Assembly: GCA_051362555.1 (NCBI GenBank)
Contig: CM120642.1
Coordinates: 1,550,001-1,614,000 of the forward strand
DNA from: Lingula anatina
Lineage: Eukaryota; Animalia; Brachiopoda
Reading direction: 5' to 3'
DNA length: 64,000 bases
The notes under the pieces are model-generated. The model saw only the letters and a list, made by a program, of their open reading frames with translations, had not been told where the DNA came from and did not search any database. This document shows positions 1 to 40,200 of the stretch, in pieces. The position numbers and the translations under genes were made by a program. The first letter of the stretch is position 1. Every line of letters begins with the position of its first letter.

Positions 1-255
1 GATAACTGTGCTCGTTGGTTGACAAGGTTACCACGCGCCACTTGCTGAAAACCAACAGCGCCCTTTTCGCCCGTCATGTGTTTCATTTCCATACGTGGTT
101 GCCTATTTCTACCATTCAAAGAAACACGTTGAACGGGGATTGTACAGGGTTATTTGATATACATATTTAAAAACCTGGCAAATAAAAAGGGCAGAAAAAA
201 TTTTAATTAGTTAAGAATAATAAGACTTTTGAGAGTAGGAATTTAAAAAACTTAC

Positions 256-2033
256 CTGGTTTTACGATGCGTATCAGTTCAGCCAAACAACTTCCGTTCA
301 AGTGACCAGGGCAGAAACTGCCCGTTGTTATGATGGCGTCATAGGTATCTGAAATATATATATTGAGATATTTTTTAATTAAATTAATAATTAAAGGGTA
401 AACACTTCACGTTTTATTAAGGCATACAATATTGTTGAAAAAATTGTTAGATTTGATATTTAGGTCGATCCTAGAGACTACCTATCATACATGCATTTGT
501 GCATACAACTACTCATTAATTAATTAATTTATTTACTTATGACGGCACGCTACAAAATCTGCAACTACCGTCTGGTATGTCAAGGCGGTTTGGGCCTAAA
601 AGATCGCAGACGACGTTTCTGTACAGTTTCTTTTCCTTTGCTATTTCCAACATTTCTTTGCTGGCATCCAAGGCATCTAGGTTGTGAAAACCATTTTTCT
701 TCAACTTCCCAACGTTTGAAAAAAAAGGACTGTACCAGTTAGTAAATTGTCTTTAACGAGTAAGCAAAAAAATTAATAAGCGGATAAAATAAATGTCCAA
801 CAGAAACCATTAGTTTATGAAAATAGCTATTCAATCATGACAATTTTCTTTTGATAAAATACCCAAATGATTCACGTAGGTATAAAATAAAGTAAGAGCT
901 AATCTGTCTCGTGGAAGAGCCAGCTAACTTCTTAAAAATTTAGTAATTAACATCTTTGCTTCACCTCCGCACCCAACCGTCCAGTTCCCGCCGCCACGTC
1001 TAAAATGAGGGCATCTTTCTTCTCCTCAAAGAGTTTCTCCACTTCCTTGGCTACTATAGAGGGACCTTCGTGATCCAAAATCGCTGCAGACTGGTGGAAA
1101 TACCGATAAAGCAAGCTTTTAATACACTATAATTTCTTACAATTATATATTTTATATCACAATGCAAAAATAAAGAATAAACCGTATGGACAAACCACGG
1201 TATTCAGCAGAAAGAGGGAATTTAATACTTTACGCTCGTTCCACTCGGACATTTGATGGTGAAAAGAATTTTAGTGAGGCAAAGGTGACAGCGGCGTCCA
1301 ATAATGTCACCACCCCATTTTTTTTCTAGATTGACATTGATTACATTTGTCTCTCTTGGGAAACACTGTGGATAAATCAAACCCAAAACACTCCCTGAGA
1401 GAAGACTGAAGAAGGCGAACATGGCTACGAAATGGACGCATACCGCCTAGTGATAATATGCCCTCAACATGACATTCGCAGCAAAGCAGATTACGTGTAC
1501 GTTATCCATATGAATAATTTACAAATATTATTCTGCACAGATAGAATGTGACAACTTTGCCTTCATGTAGCTAAAGCGCAATGATGAGCACTTGTTGGAG
1601 AGAGTATTTCGGTTCCACCGTATGGTAATGCACGGCCCTATATATATATACCGAGCAGTACGCTTCAGTACTAGTCTGCACCGGTACACTTTAAGAAAAT
1701 GACAATGCATTAATACAATAGACTGGCTACAAGTATATAAAGGACCCTCCAAAATGTTGGACCTCTAAAGGTACATGTACATACTTACAAATGCACGAGT
1801 ATATATATATATATATATATATATATAACTAGTAGCATAACTTCAGTTAAACCTTTAATTCGTACATCTCGCTTTGGTACAATGGTGTTAAGTTCTTTGC
1901 CAATGAATATACTTACGTCGTCGTATATCCGGGCCCAGTCTTTGTATACCTCCAAAATCTCTTGGTTTGAGGCGTTAGTGTTTAATACTTTGTTGAAGAA
2001 CTCCTCGGTTTGACGCGTCAGTTCTGTGGCCAT
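256..2033 (-). CDS. METTL27: SAM-dependent methyltransferase, METTL27/WBSCR27-like (partial; 3' part presumably lies beyond the window start)
   Basis: Exons 2033-1917 (MATELTRQ...YKDWARIYDD), 1090-965 (...ILDVAAGTGRLGAE, SAM motif I), 704-569 (LKKNGFHNLDALDASKEMLEIAKEKKLY...) and 348-256 (DTYDAIITTGSFCPGHL...ELIRIVKPG). All are GT-AG with consistent phases. The YxxWAxxYD N-terminal motif is typical of the family. Confidence 0.8.
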
Positions 2034-4530
2034 CTTGTCCTCTTGTCAATTTGCAAGAATGCGCATAGGACGCGGGAGAGTCTCTATCTTTTATCATTAT
2101 CGTGTCAAGTTCACCTATCACACTTTTTTTGCATTGAGAGGAATTTCGTATAACATAGGTTCTGACCTCCAATCTCATGACGAAGCAGGGAATCGTACAT
2201 TAATCCTCTTTTTCCCTAGTAGTAATAGTAGTAGTAGTAGTAGGCTCGTCACCGAACCTTTTAAGGTTTACGCGCTCTGAAAGAAGCAAACCATGAGACT
2301 TACGTTTCTTGAAGTATTAGGTACATTTATCAGAGGCGGATAGTCCTCACAGCTTGGAGTGGGGGTGGGGGATTCGGAGAGACAATTTTTTTAACCTGCA
2401 GTCCTTAAAATAGGGTTTAAACGTACATGTGTCACGTTTTTGAAGCACGATAGGCCGGAGAGGCTGGCTCAGTCGGCTACAATATTTGAGAACCACGCCA
2501 ATCATGGGCGCAGGAAGGGGGATTGGGGCCCTGTAAACTCCTTTAAGAAAATTTTTATGCGTGAATAAGTCTCTAAAGCTTCAATTTGCGATCCTAGACC
2601 CAATATTTCTAGACTTGAACAGTCATTTAAATGTCTTTTGGACTTTTAACATAGATTCTGTATCATCATTTGCAAATCTTTTAGTTATACACAATTTCAG
2701 AATTATGTAGACGTACGTAGAAGAATTTTTCATCTCATCAAGGCGTAAGCGGGGGCAAAGCGCCAAGAAAACGTTCAATCGTCCATGGTAAGCATACAAG
2801 GTGCGGCAGCGGTCAGACTCAACATCGAATTCAACATCACTTCAAATAGCCTCATTCTTTGTTGCCTATCTCTACGTAGTGCTTTTCGTGTCTGAAACGC
2901 CAACGAGTTATAAAATTGTTTGCATGCCGCGTTCAAATTCAGATGGCTGGAAGTAGGGACTGGAGTACATGAGTACGAGACTTTCTGACCCTTCCCTGTC
3001 TCCTGGTCTGCCAATGACTGGCAATGAAATATTACCAATTAAAATATATTATTATTGCATTTTTAACCCAGAGATTTGATTTTTGTCTTGTACGAGTCGG
3101 GCAAGACTGTTACTTGTCTATATTGTATTCAATAAATAACAAGTCTGATAAATATAGTTCGTCTTTGATTTAATGTATAAATTAAACTTTGAATTCATTA
3201 CATCAGTGACTTTTGGCACTAACAAATCACAGAGATCAAAATTACACATTTGTGCGATTAATTTAATTTTCTTAATCTATGAAATCCTTGCAAGTGCAAA
3301 AATACAAGACTGATGCATCAGTGAAATATATTGAAAGTTATGGTCAGTAAATTTGCGATTAAGTTTGAACCCCTGAAAAACTCTCAATCATAAAAATTCC
3401 CGTGCTCTTACAAAGTATATTCATATAGCACAAGTTCAAATGGACGAGATCTTGTCTTTAGGCAGTTAATATAGTGTTCCAAAATGTTTTCACTCTTTGA
3501 CAGCCCTTTCATTTAGCTTTTATTTAGATGTTCATTAACAGATATATGGGTCTAAAAAATTAACTTAAAAAAACAACATCAGAATAGCAATAAAATAAAA
3601 ATGTTCAATTAGAAGCTTCTGCTCTTTACACCCCTGCCGACGCAGACAAGGCTTACTTACTACAGAACAATGTCCAAGATCTAGCTCACTACTTGGAGTA
3701 TTAGCAATATGATGTTTGAATTCCAAGAAAGCAATAAATGACAGTGTATGTAGTGTTTTGGGGAAAACACTATGAGTATTCCAGTGTCTAAGAACATGTG
3801 TTTCTAACAATCCATAATAAAGTGTATATAATAAAAGTTATTTTTGTACATAGAATAGTACAGAGAAATATATGTTAATGTGAGCACAGAAAATGGGTGT
3901 TATTCAACTTGATTCTGCTGAACAAGTGGCAACAATTGCACTTTTATATAGTTTAGCACAAATTATCCAATATATCATTTCCTTAACAGTAATTATAACA
4001 ACCTGGCAAAAATCACCTCTACAATTTAAAGATATCATTTTACGCATATTATATTCACTCTGTATTTTCAGCTCTAAATACCTGATCACCAAAAAGATAA
4101 CTCCTCCAAGGAAGCATAATACTCATTACCAACCAATTAATTAATTAATCAATTCATTCATCCATTAATGGATTACCAAAATTCTAACAACTTTAAGTTA
4201 GACCATTTCTGACTTATTTTGCAAATCAAAATAAAATGTATCCAAAAGTTTTTAGGTTAAGCTGTAACAAGCCACCAATGGCAAAAACTTAACCTCCTTG
4301 ATAGAGGTATCAATCATGTCACATGCACTCTACTCTCACTCTATATTTTCAACTATATACATCCCTGATCATTAAAAATTTATTTCAAATATATTATAAG
4401 AATTATTGGCAAGTCATTATGGGATAGGTAGCACAATGCAGGTATATGCTGCCTCTGCCCCCCCCCCCCCTTCACCCCCCTAACTGTAATCCTTGATCCA
4501 CTGGTTCAATGCACCAATAGCAAACACCAA

Positions 4531-4754
4531 GACTCAGTTCACATGAAAAATCTATTTTCTAAAAATCTATTTTCTATTCGCGGTATCTTGTGATCACTCC
4601 AAGCGCATCCGAGAATTAATTACAGCTTTGCGAGTAACTGGCTCGCGCTGCCAGTAATTACGCTGTGGGGTATTCAGGGCACAGACCGTGATCACAGGAT
4701 AACGCGAATAGAAAATAGATTTTGAGAAAATAGACTTTTCATGTGAACGAAGCC
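4531..4754. mobile_element. MITE with about 65-bp imperfect terminal inverted repeats and 3-bp flanking duplication (CAA), possibly PIF/Harbinger-derived
   Basis: gttcacatgaaaaatctattttct...tattcgcggtatcttgtgatcac pairs with gtgatcacaggataacgcgaata...agacttttcatgtgaac. CAA at 4528-4530 and 4755-4757. Confidence 0.7.
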
Positions 4755-5017
4755 CAATTCATCCACATGAACACCTTTCACATCAAGCAGCATACTTAAG
4801 ATAGACAGGCTGTACAATTTGAAAGACTGACAACTGAATGGCCTGACTATAGTAGCAGAGTCATATAACAAAGCCTAGCTAATGCTGTAACACAATTAAA
4901 TTCCATGTGTGTACTTTCCAAAGTGTACCAGTACAGATTGTATTGCCATAGTGTACTATATACTGTTTGCTGTGAGAAGGGTGTCAGACCAGGTTGAGCA
5001 GTAAACTCAGAATCCTA

Positions 5018-18623
<13,606 letters not shown>

Positions 18624-19144
18624 CTTCTTTTTTCAGCTCCGGGGCACGTGTTGCGTTTATTTGTCTCTAACCATTTTCTGCCCTCTCACGCAAAGAAGAG
18701 CTGAATATAAACACAAATCTTGCGGTCGATCTCCAATAATCAGTCTCGATTTCAAAGATAATTTGACCGATTAAGACAATAATTTTAGTACATTGAATCG
18801 AAAAAACGAGGCTCCTACTTTGAAGCGTTTTGCACGAACCTGTTCTTGTTCAGAAAAATATAACAATTCATACAAAAGAACGACAGTTAAGCATGATTGA
18901 AGTTTGGTAATTTTTGGCAAGGAAGATAAAGCAAACTTATCCAAGGTCACCTTATTTGACTCGCCCAAAATAACCCGGCGAGGTGACCTGCTTTTCATTG
19001 ACGTAAGTTACCCGGATGTTTGACCTCATGTTGAGCCGGCGGCTGATGTGCGAATTCAAAATTGAAGTGCTAAATCCGCCGGCTAATTGACAAAGAATTT
19101 AACTTCGATCATCGAAAAAAATACACCAGAAAGATTTCTAAATC
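18624..19144. promoter_or_regulatory. Putative bidirectional promoter between ANKH and ANKRD10
   Basis: Start codons diverge about 520 bp apart. Locally CpG-retaining sequence with TGACGTAA (18999) and TACCCGGATG (19009). Confidence 0.65.
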
Positions 19145-33401
<14,257 letters not shown>

Positions 33402-36400
33402 CTTCAATTCCTTCTTTGATACTAAAAAAAGGAGCATTTTCACAAATGGATCTGGACCCACCGTTATTTGTCAAAGATTTTGTGTAGGTTCCAGTAAAAG
33501 AGACACAACTTCACTATCTTGTGCATAGAATATATGCATGTTGTGGAAAGTCCAGAGGTTGGATCTGAAGATGAAGGAAAATCGACAAGATCTTTGCCAA
33601 ATGTGAATGCATCTCCGGTACCATTATTCACTCCTCATATAGTGTTCTGAAGATAAGATCTAGATTTATTTAATATTGAGATATTACATTGCAAAACTGT
33701 CAAAATCACTGATTGATGTTTTGCTGAAAATTGAAACACATGTAGTTCAAGACTGTCTAATAGTATATTTCAAGTAGGTCTGGTATGTCATGTGACATTC
33801 ACATGATTATCATGTGACTTCATCCAATTATGTCAACCACATTAGCAGCTGTTATGAAAGATATCAAAGTTTCTCATTTTTGTATGTTTGTACATATTGA
33901 TAGTTGTTTTATTTGATTAAGAAGAAAAAACTGTCAACTTTTATAGATTTGTAAACTATTGTGTTTAATAGGATAGTAAATCCCTTTTTAGGACAACCTG
34001 CATAAACATCTGAAGACAGGTTGTACCCAGTTTTATTCTTGCAATTATGACCAATGCTCAAACATGACATCTTTATGGGATGTGAAGGAAGTCATTGGCT
34101 TAGTTCAACCCTGGTGGGGAAAAAGTTCTTTAAATAAGGGGTGTTTTTTTAGTTTGAAATGCTACAGACTGGTGGTCGGTAGGTATTTGAACATAGGGTC
34201 AAGGATGCCAGCCATTTTTATGCCAAAATCTTTTAAATCGTACCTTGAAGTGATGCTTTGATCTCATGTGATTTTTGAAATGGGTGTCACTTATGATCCA
34301 ACAGGGTACATGTAACATATATATTATATATATTGATATGTGAGATGTGTTTTATATTGTAAAAATAATTTGTTTTTAATGTATTAGATTATACAAAAAA
34401 GGTAAATATTTGCTTATATTTGGGTGTGAAATTATATTTCTCTAAAACGGTATCTTTAAATTCTGCATGTCAGGTGGTCAGATCTACTTCATCAGCTGTA
34501 CAAAATTGTGAAATTGATAATCGATGTAGCACTATTTGTACCGTCTTTACCCAGATGCATATTTAGCATCTGCATGTTATTTGTGAAACCAGAGTCGCAA
34601 AGACATGGCAGTGTGAACAGTTACGTGCATAACCCGTATTCTGTGTTAAGATTCTTGTGCGAAAACTTGTCACCAAGCTAGTGCAGAGAAATGCAAGGCA
34701 GTCTACCTTACTTGTAAATATGTCACTACCACAAAATGGTGGTACTGTGAATAAGTGGGCAATTGAACTAAAATTCAAATTATGATTTTCTTTGGTATTT
34801 CACTCAGGAAATTAAGAATTCAGTGATTCAGCATTCAGTGATGTGACATTTTCATTGTCAGTATGATTTGAAAGATGTTTATGAAAATCTGGTTTATGAT
34901 ATTTTAATCCACCAAATACGGTAGGCTGATGTGAATTGACTATTCTGCTTTAGACCACTGTTAACCTCATGACACATAATATTATATAATTGGCAAAAAA
35001 ATTGGAATTTAATTTGTGAGCCATACACATTATAACATGGGGATTTTAAGCAAATGTCCCTTTTATGGAAATTAATTGAATGATTATGTTTACTGTGCTG
35101 TACACAGAGGATTATGAAAAAAAAAAAGAGAAGAGAAGAAGGAAGAGAATGGTACATCTTAAGATTAAAAATCTAGCCTGATTTTATCATTTTTGTAAGA
35201 TGACCTAGTGGTGTTCCTTTCAGCTAGTCTACTGGCAGTACTTGCAAAAAAAAAAAAAAAAAAAAACGCACAAACATTTTAGTCATGATGTAATGGAGTC
35301 CTCAAGTCTGTGGTTCACACTGAATATAATGAAATTGAAATCCTATTAAATGATATTATCATTAAAAAGGTGTGGCTATTGAATAGAAATGTTGATTATG
35401 AGAGTAAACAAGAAGTGAATAGATTGCCTGCCTTTGGTAATCATTTTTTGTTTTTCAAAAAGACCATTACAGATATAACAGATATCTTGCAATCCTTTTT
35501 ACCACTTGTTAAATGCAGGTAATACAAAAATCACTTGATTTGAAAATTGTATTTCAACACTGTTACCAATTGCAGGAAATTGAATGTTTTTGACTACAAG
35601 TTATTATAAAGACTATGATGCAATGAATGCTTGTTAGCATTTAATTTGAAATTGGGATACTTTAAGTCTTTGTCAGTTAAAGTTAAACAATGTTTTCATC
35701 GCAGCTTTAGTGTATGCAAATTATGGTATATACATGACATTTAATATTTCAGCTTTTGCTTCATTTATATTCCTTTGTACCACTTTTTAGTTAGTGTTTA
35801 CATTTATTATGCCCTATTGTTTTAGTATTATAAACTGTTGGTGATAGTATAGCCATGTGATTGTATAGGAAGTACTGTACAATACATATTTATTTAATGT
35901 GTATTTAGATTATTTCATTTTGTAGCTTTATTTTTCTAGCCGTATGTGTTGCTTATAAATATATTCACACTGGTATATATGAGATTCTGAATCAACAGAG
36001 ATATAAAAGCAATATTCTATTTATTTAGTCATCAATGAGTCAGGATCCATATTTCCCCTGTTGAGAACACAGTTAAAGAATGAGTTATTTTTAGTCAGTG
36101 TAAATGTTTATTGTTTGATGATACAAAACCCTGGGCTGAATTTCAATCATGAACGTTTTAAAGAGGTCATAGAATGTCATTGTCCAATGGTTGCCCCTCA
36201 AATTTTACATGACATTTGGAAGTTTTTGAAGTGTTATGACGTGTTATCTCTTTGCTTGATTCTTATTTCACAAATTAAATTTTGCTTGATGTTCATCGTG
36301 TAGTAATAAGATCTCGGATTTTGCCTTATTGAAGTAATTGTTAACAGGCATTTCCAAGACTTAATATATTTGCAGATTAATTTTTTTTCATAATAATAAT

Positions 36401-37246
36401 TATCTCCTTATTTTGATTATTACCTCACCATTGTAATTTCAGTACTACATAATGTGTAAAATTCAGATTATAGTTGGCAAATGTTGGACTAACTTGGTCC
36501 AAGTGATAGAATATTACATGAGATAATAACTTTAAATCTGCAGATGACAGATATATTAGATTTAAATTATTAGTGATAAGAATTTCACCATATGATCTCC
36601 TGGTCTCATCTTTTGATTGATTTTAAAAGCATTTAATGTGATCATTTTATTTAGCTGTCTGCTATATTGGTTACAGAGTCTACAAGCTCTGATTATAAAA
36701 AGTAAATTGAAATAAATGTTCTTTCAAAAAAAAAAAAAAAAAAAAAAAAAAAAACGGAATGGATTGCTTTATTTATTTTTTCTTCTCATTGGTGTTAACA
36801 AATTAATTGTAAACATTGAAAAATTGTAAAATGTAGTTTTACTATCAATTATGTTACAAGATGCCCCCTCCCCATTCGCGCTCAGGATACCTGATAATCT
36901 GACTCATTGACAAAAATACTGGGAGGAACAAAGGTCCTCCTACAGCATTAAGTCTCACTCATCTCAAACACCTACTGCATCTGAGATAAAGCGTAGGCCC
37001 GCTAATGTAAAGTAAATATGAGAACACTTTGACCTATTTCCAGAATGGAGGTCAGGAATCTCCCATCTTGGCATCACGTGATCTCCAAGTTTATTTCCAC
37101 CGTGATGTCATCACTCCAGTAATACCCGGATGAAAGCGTAGGAAACAACAGAAACAACTGTTTAACTATTTGTATTCACTATTTATCAAATTTCTATTAG
37201 TTAACGAAAGGAAAAACTTCTGTATAGTATTGTATTGATCCGTAAA

Positions 37247-40200
37247 ATGTCTACACCAGCTAGAAGGAGATTAATGAGAGATTTCAAAAGGTGAGTTGAG
37301 CTCCGAAGTGTTTTTGTTGATGATGTGGGGAATTATTCATCATGGCTGCCCCCAGTTACAAAATCTTTTATCTTTTTGTTACACAATTTTTAATATTTTT
37401 TCAGATTACAAGAAGATCCACCAGCTGGTGTAAGTGGTGCTCCTACAGATAATAATATTATGTTATGGAATGCTGTTATATTTGGGTAAGTCTTTGAGCC
37501 GTTCGAGAAGTTTCCTTTGTCAAAGTGAGATGCGGAAATACGTCGTCAGAAATTACGATGATTTGTGAGTCAGTATTCGGTTTTCAATGAAATCGAAACT
37601 TAAGGATATGAACCGAAAAGAGTCAAAATTTATATCGACCTATTCCCCCTACAAACAATGCTTTGCTTTATCCCCGATCCTGGATTTACTTTTGGTTTTA
37701 CTGCATAGTGTGAATTACGTGTGATTGGTGATTGTCAGCAACACCATCTGTGGTGAGAACACCTGTGAGGACCCTAGGTAATCTCATTTTGGCGAGTTAG
37801 CAGTGGTGACAGTCCACAGTCCCTTTATTCTAGGCTAATACAGTTGCAGCATGTTTGAGAAGAAATGTCAGGTTATCACCACATTTCCAATGTTTGTGCA
37901 ACACTTCAGCTTTATGCCACAGCTGGCTGCCACAGAGATTGTTTGATTATAATTTGGACTCGTCCCTGTTGTGGTGCCCCATTTAAGTGTCTCTCATGTT
38001 ATAGCAAGTGACTCTCTTGTCACTCTCTCAAAGTGGACAATTAAGTGTACCACTCAATTTTAGAAGGGGCCAAATAAATCTGCCTTAACTGGATTAAAAA
38101 TGCTTCTTGTGTCCCTGTGTAGCAAGATGGATACAGTATCTAATATTTATATTAGTACTTGTAGTTTTCACCTTCCTGTCATTGCAGTTTGGGAGGACAT
38201 TTGTTTTGTCTTATCAGTGGATAGAGAGTGGGCTTGAGTGATTATCATTCAATAACTTGTTAGTATTATCTGAACAGATTCTACAAGTTACTAATTATGA
38301 AACTGACATTATAAAATGCTGAGTTGTTTTAGTTTCTAGAAAATGACTAATTGTGATTCATGGTTTTGGTGAAATTTTGGTAGAGTTGAGTTTTACATCC
38401 TTGACTCCTCAAAGTGCCCACAGTCATTAGATATTGCCAATATTGACAGTGTGAAGAGGCTCAACTACTAGTAAGGTGATGCTAAACAAAGATAGGGATA
38501 GAAAAGTCACTTGTTCTCAAATGTTTTCTGAGGTCAACAGTGACTGTAGTCAACAATGGCTGTGACCTAGGTCAATATTGATAAACAAATTGGGATTGAT
38601 TTTGTTTTCTGAAAGGATGAAAAATGGATATCATTCTTGAATCATTGAATATATATTTACCCTTAGTTTGACCCAAGACAAACCTTAACTACTATGTTAT
38701 TGTTTTGTCATGTGAATGATGACTAAGATTGTTGTTGACCTTTTGAACTCTCTCTCTCTCATCATCACACCTGCCCCCTTTCCAGTGTCCTTTCACTGAC
38801 TCCAAGAAATACATTATAGGGCAGTTTGCCTATTCATTAGTCTTTAGATTTCAGGTTAACTAGCACACAAACCTCATCATAATTTAAAGCCCAGGTAAAC
38901 TTTGGCACATGTTCAGGCCTTACTAGTGCTATATTTAGAGAGTGGATAACCTGTTGGTTAGCACCTTGAGATAACACACCAGTCTGAGGAAGACTAAGTA
39001 CAGACAGACACCCCTTTATTTACATGCTGGTCTTCAGGATTGATGGGGTGTACATTCATATCTTTATCTGAAAACTGCTGAGGGATTTTGAAAAAATTTG
39101 ATTTCTCATTTGCATGAGAGTGTCAAAGATGTTTTCATGAAAAATTTGTTTCTTTTATAATTGTTACTCTGTGGTTCATTTTATCTTATAGCAGAAAGGA
39201 GAAATTATATATCTAATTCTTATAAAATTACATAGGGTCCTGAATCTAGTAGTGCTCAACTCAGTAAATATGAAGAAACTAGTTATGTAACAACAAGTTT
39301 TTCAGGAAGATGATGTGAATAGCCCTAATGCTTGTCAAATAAAACTCAACCTCGGTGACATAATTCCCACTTGCTGTCATGTATTTCCATTGTCTAATAC
39401 TGGTATGACAGGATTTTGTAACAGCTTCTATTTATCTTATGCAGATAATGATACTGTATGTCACTTAAAGCCCAGAAAGTGCTGAAATTCATGATTATTA
39501 TCTTCCAAGTATCACAATGATAAAATTTTACCCCAAAATTCTAGTACAGTGTCTCTGATGGCTGTAATAAGAGGAACCTGCCTTATTATCGGATAAGAGC
39601 TAATATTTCCCAGCTTCCTTTTCCTATTATATTCACATTGTGGTTTCCTTTGTGGAAATTGCAAATAAAAGGATATGGATATAAAGATTTCACTGATAAG
39701 AAATAGGGTTTTGTATACAATATAACGAACCTTATTGACATGTGTATGGTTATTTGTGCAGTAGACCAACTGGGATGAATATGATTACGCACAAAACTTT
39801 CAATCTGCCTTAATCCAGATTTCTCTGACCTGAGAATTAGTTGTTTCATATGAACACAGTGTAATTTATATTCACTAGAGTGCTAGAAATGTGGAAGTCT
39901 TCAGATATTTTTTTCATAGTTTATTGACAACTATTGGCACGCACCAGTGGGGTTTTCTAGGAATAGTGTTGATTTTCATAACTATGAAACGCCTGTAGAG
40001 CTCTGTATGCATGTTAGTCAGCTGTTATGTCAGTTTATTGGCAACCTGTTCCACAAACAATGTTAATGACAATATATAATATTCAGTGGGAAGTTGTATT
40101 TGTTTTTATGTAAAAATGATGTTTTTTTCTGATGTGACATTTTGAATTTGGATTTTGTAGGCAACATATGTTGTATATTTTCTAAGAAAAGTCTTATTTT

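Noticed and set aside
1-176. Next METTL27-like exon
   Set aside because: The obvious acceptor gives an immediate in-frame stop and other frames lack the expected motif; the exon probably lies outside the window.
2740-3038. GC-richer segment with an 87-aa ORF upstream of the methyltransferase
   Set aside because: No recognisable protein or RNA family; it could be promoter sequence or a repeat remnant, but I cannot support a call.
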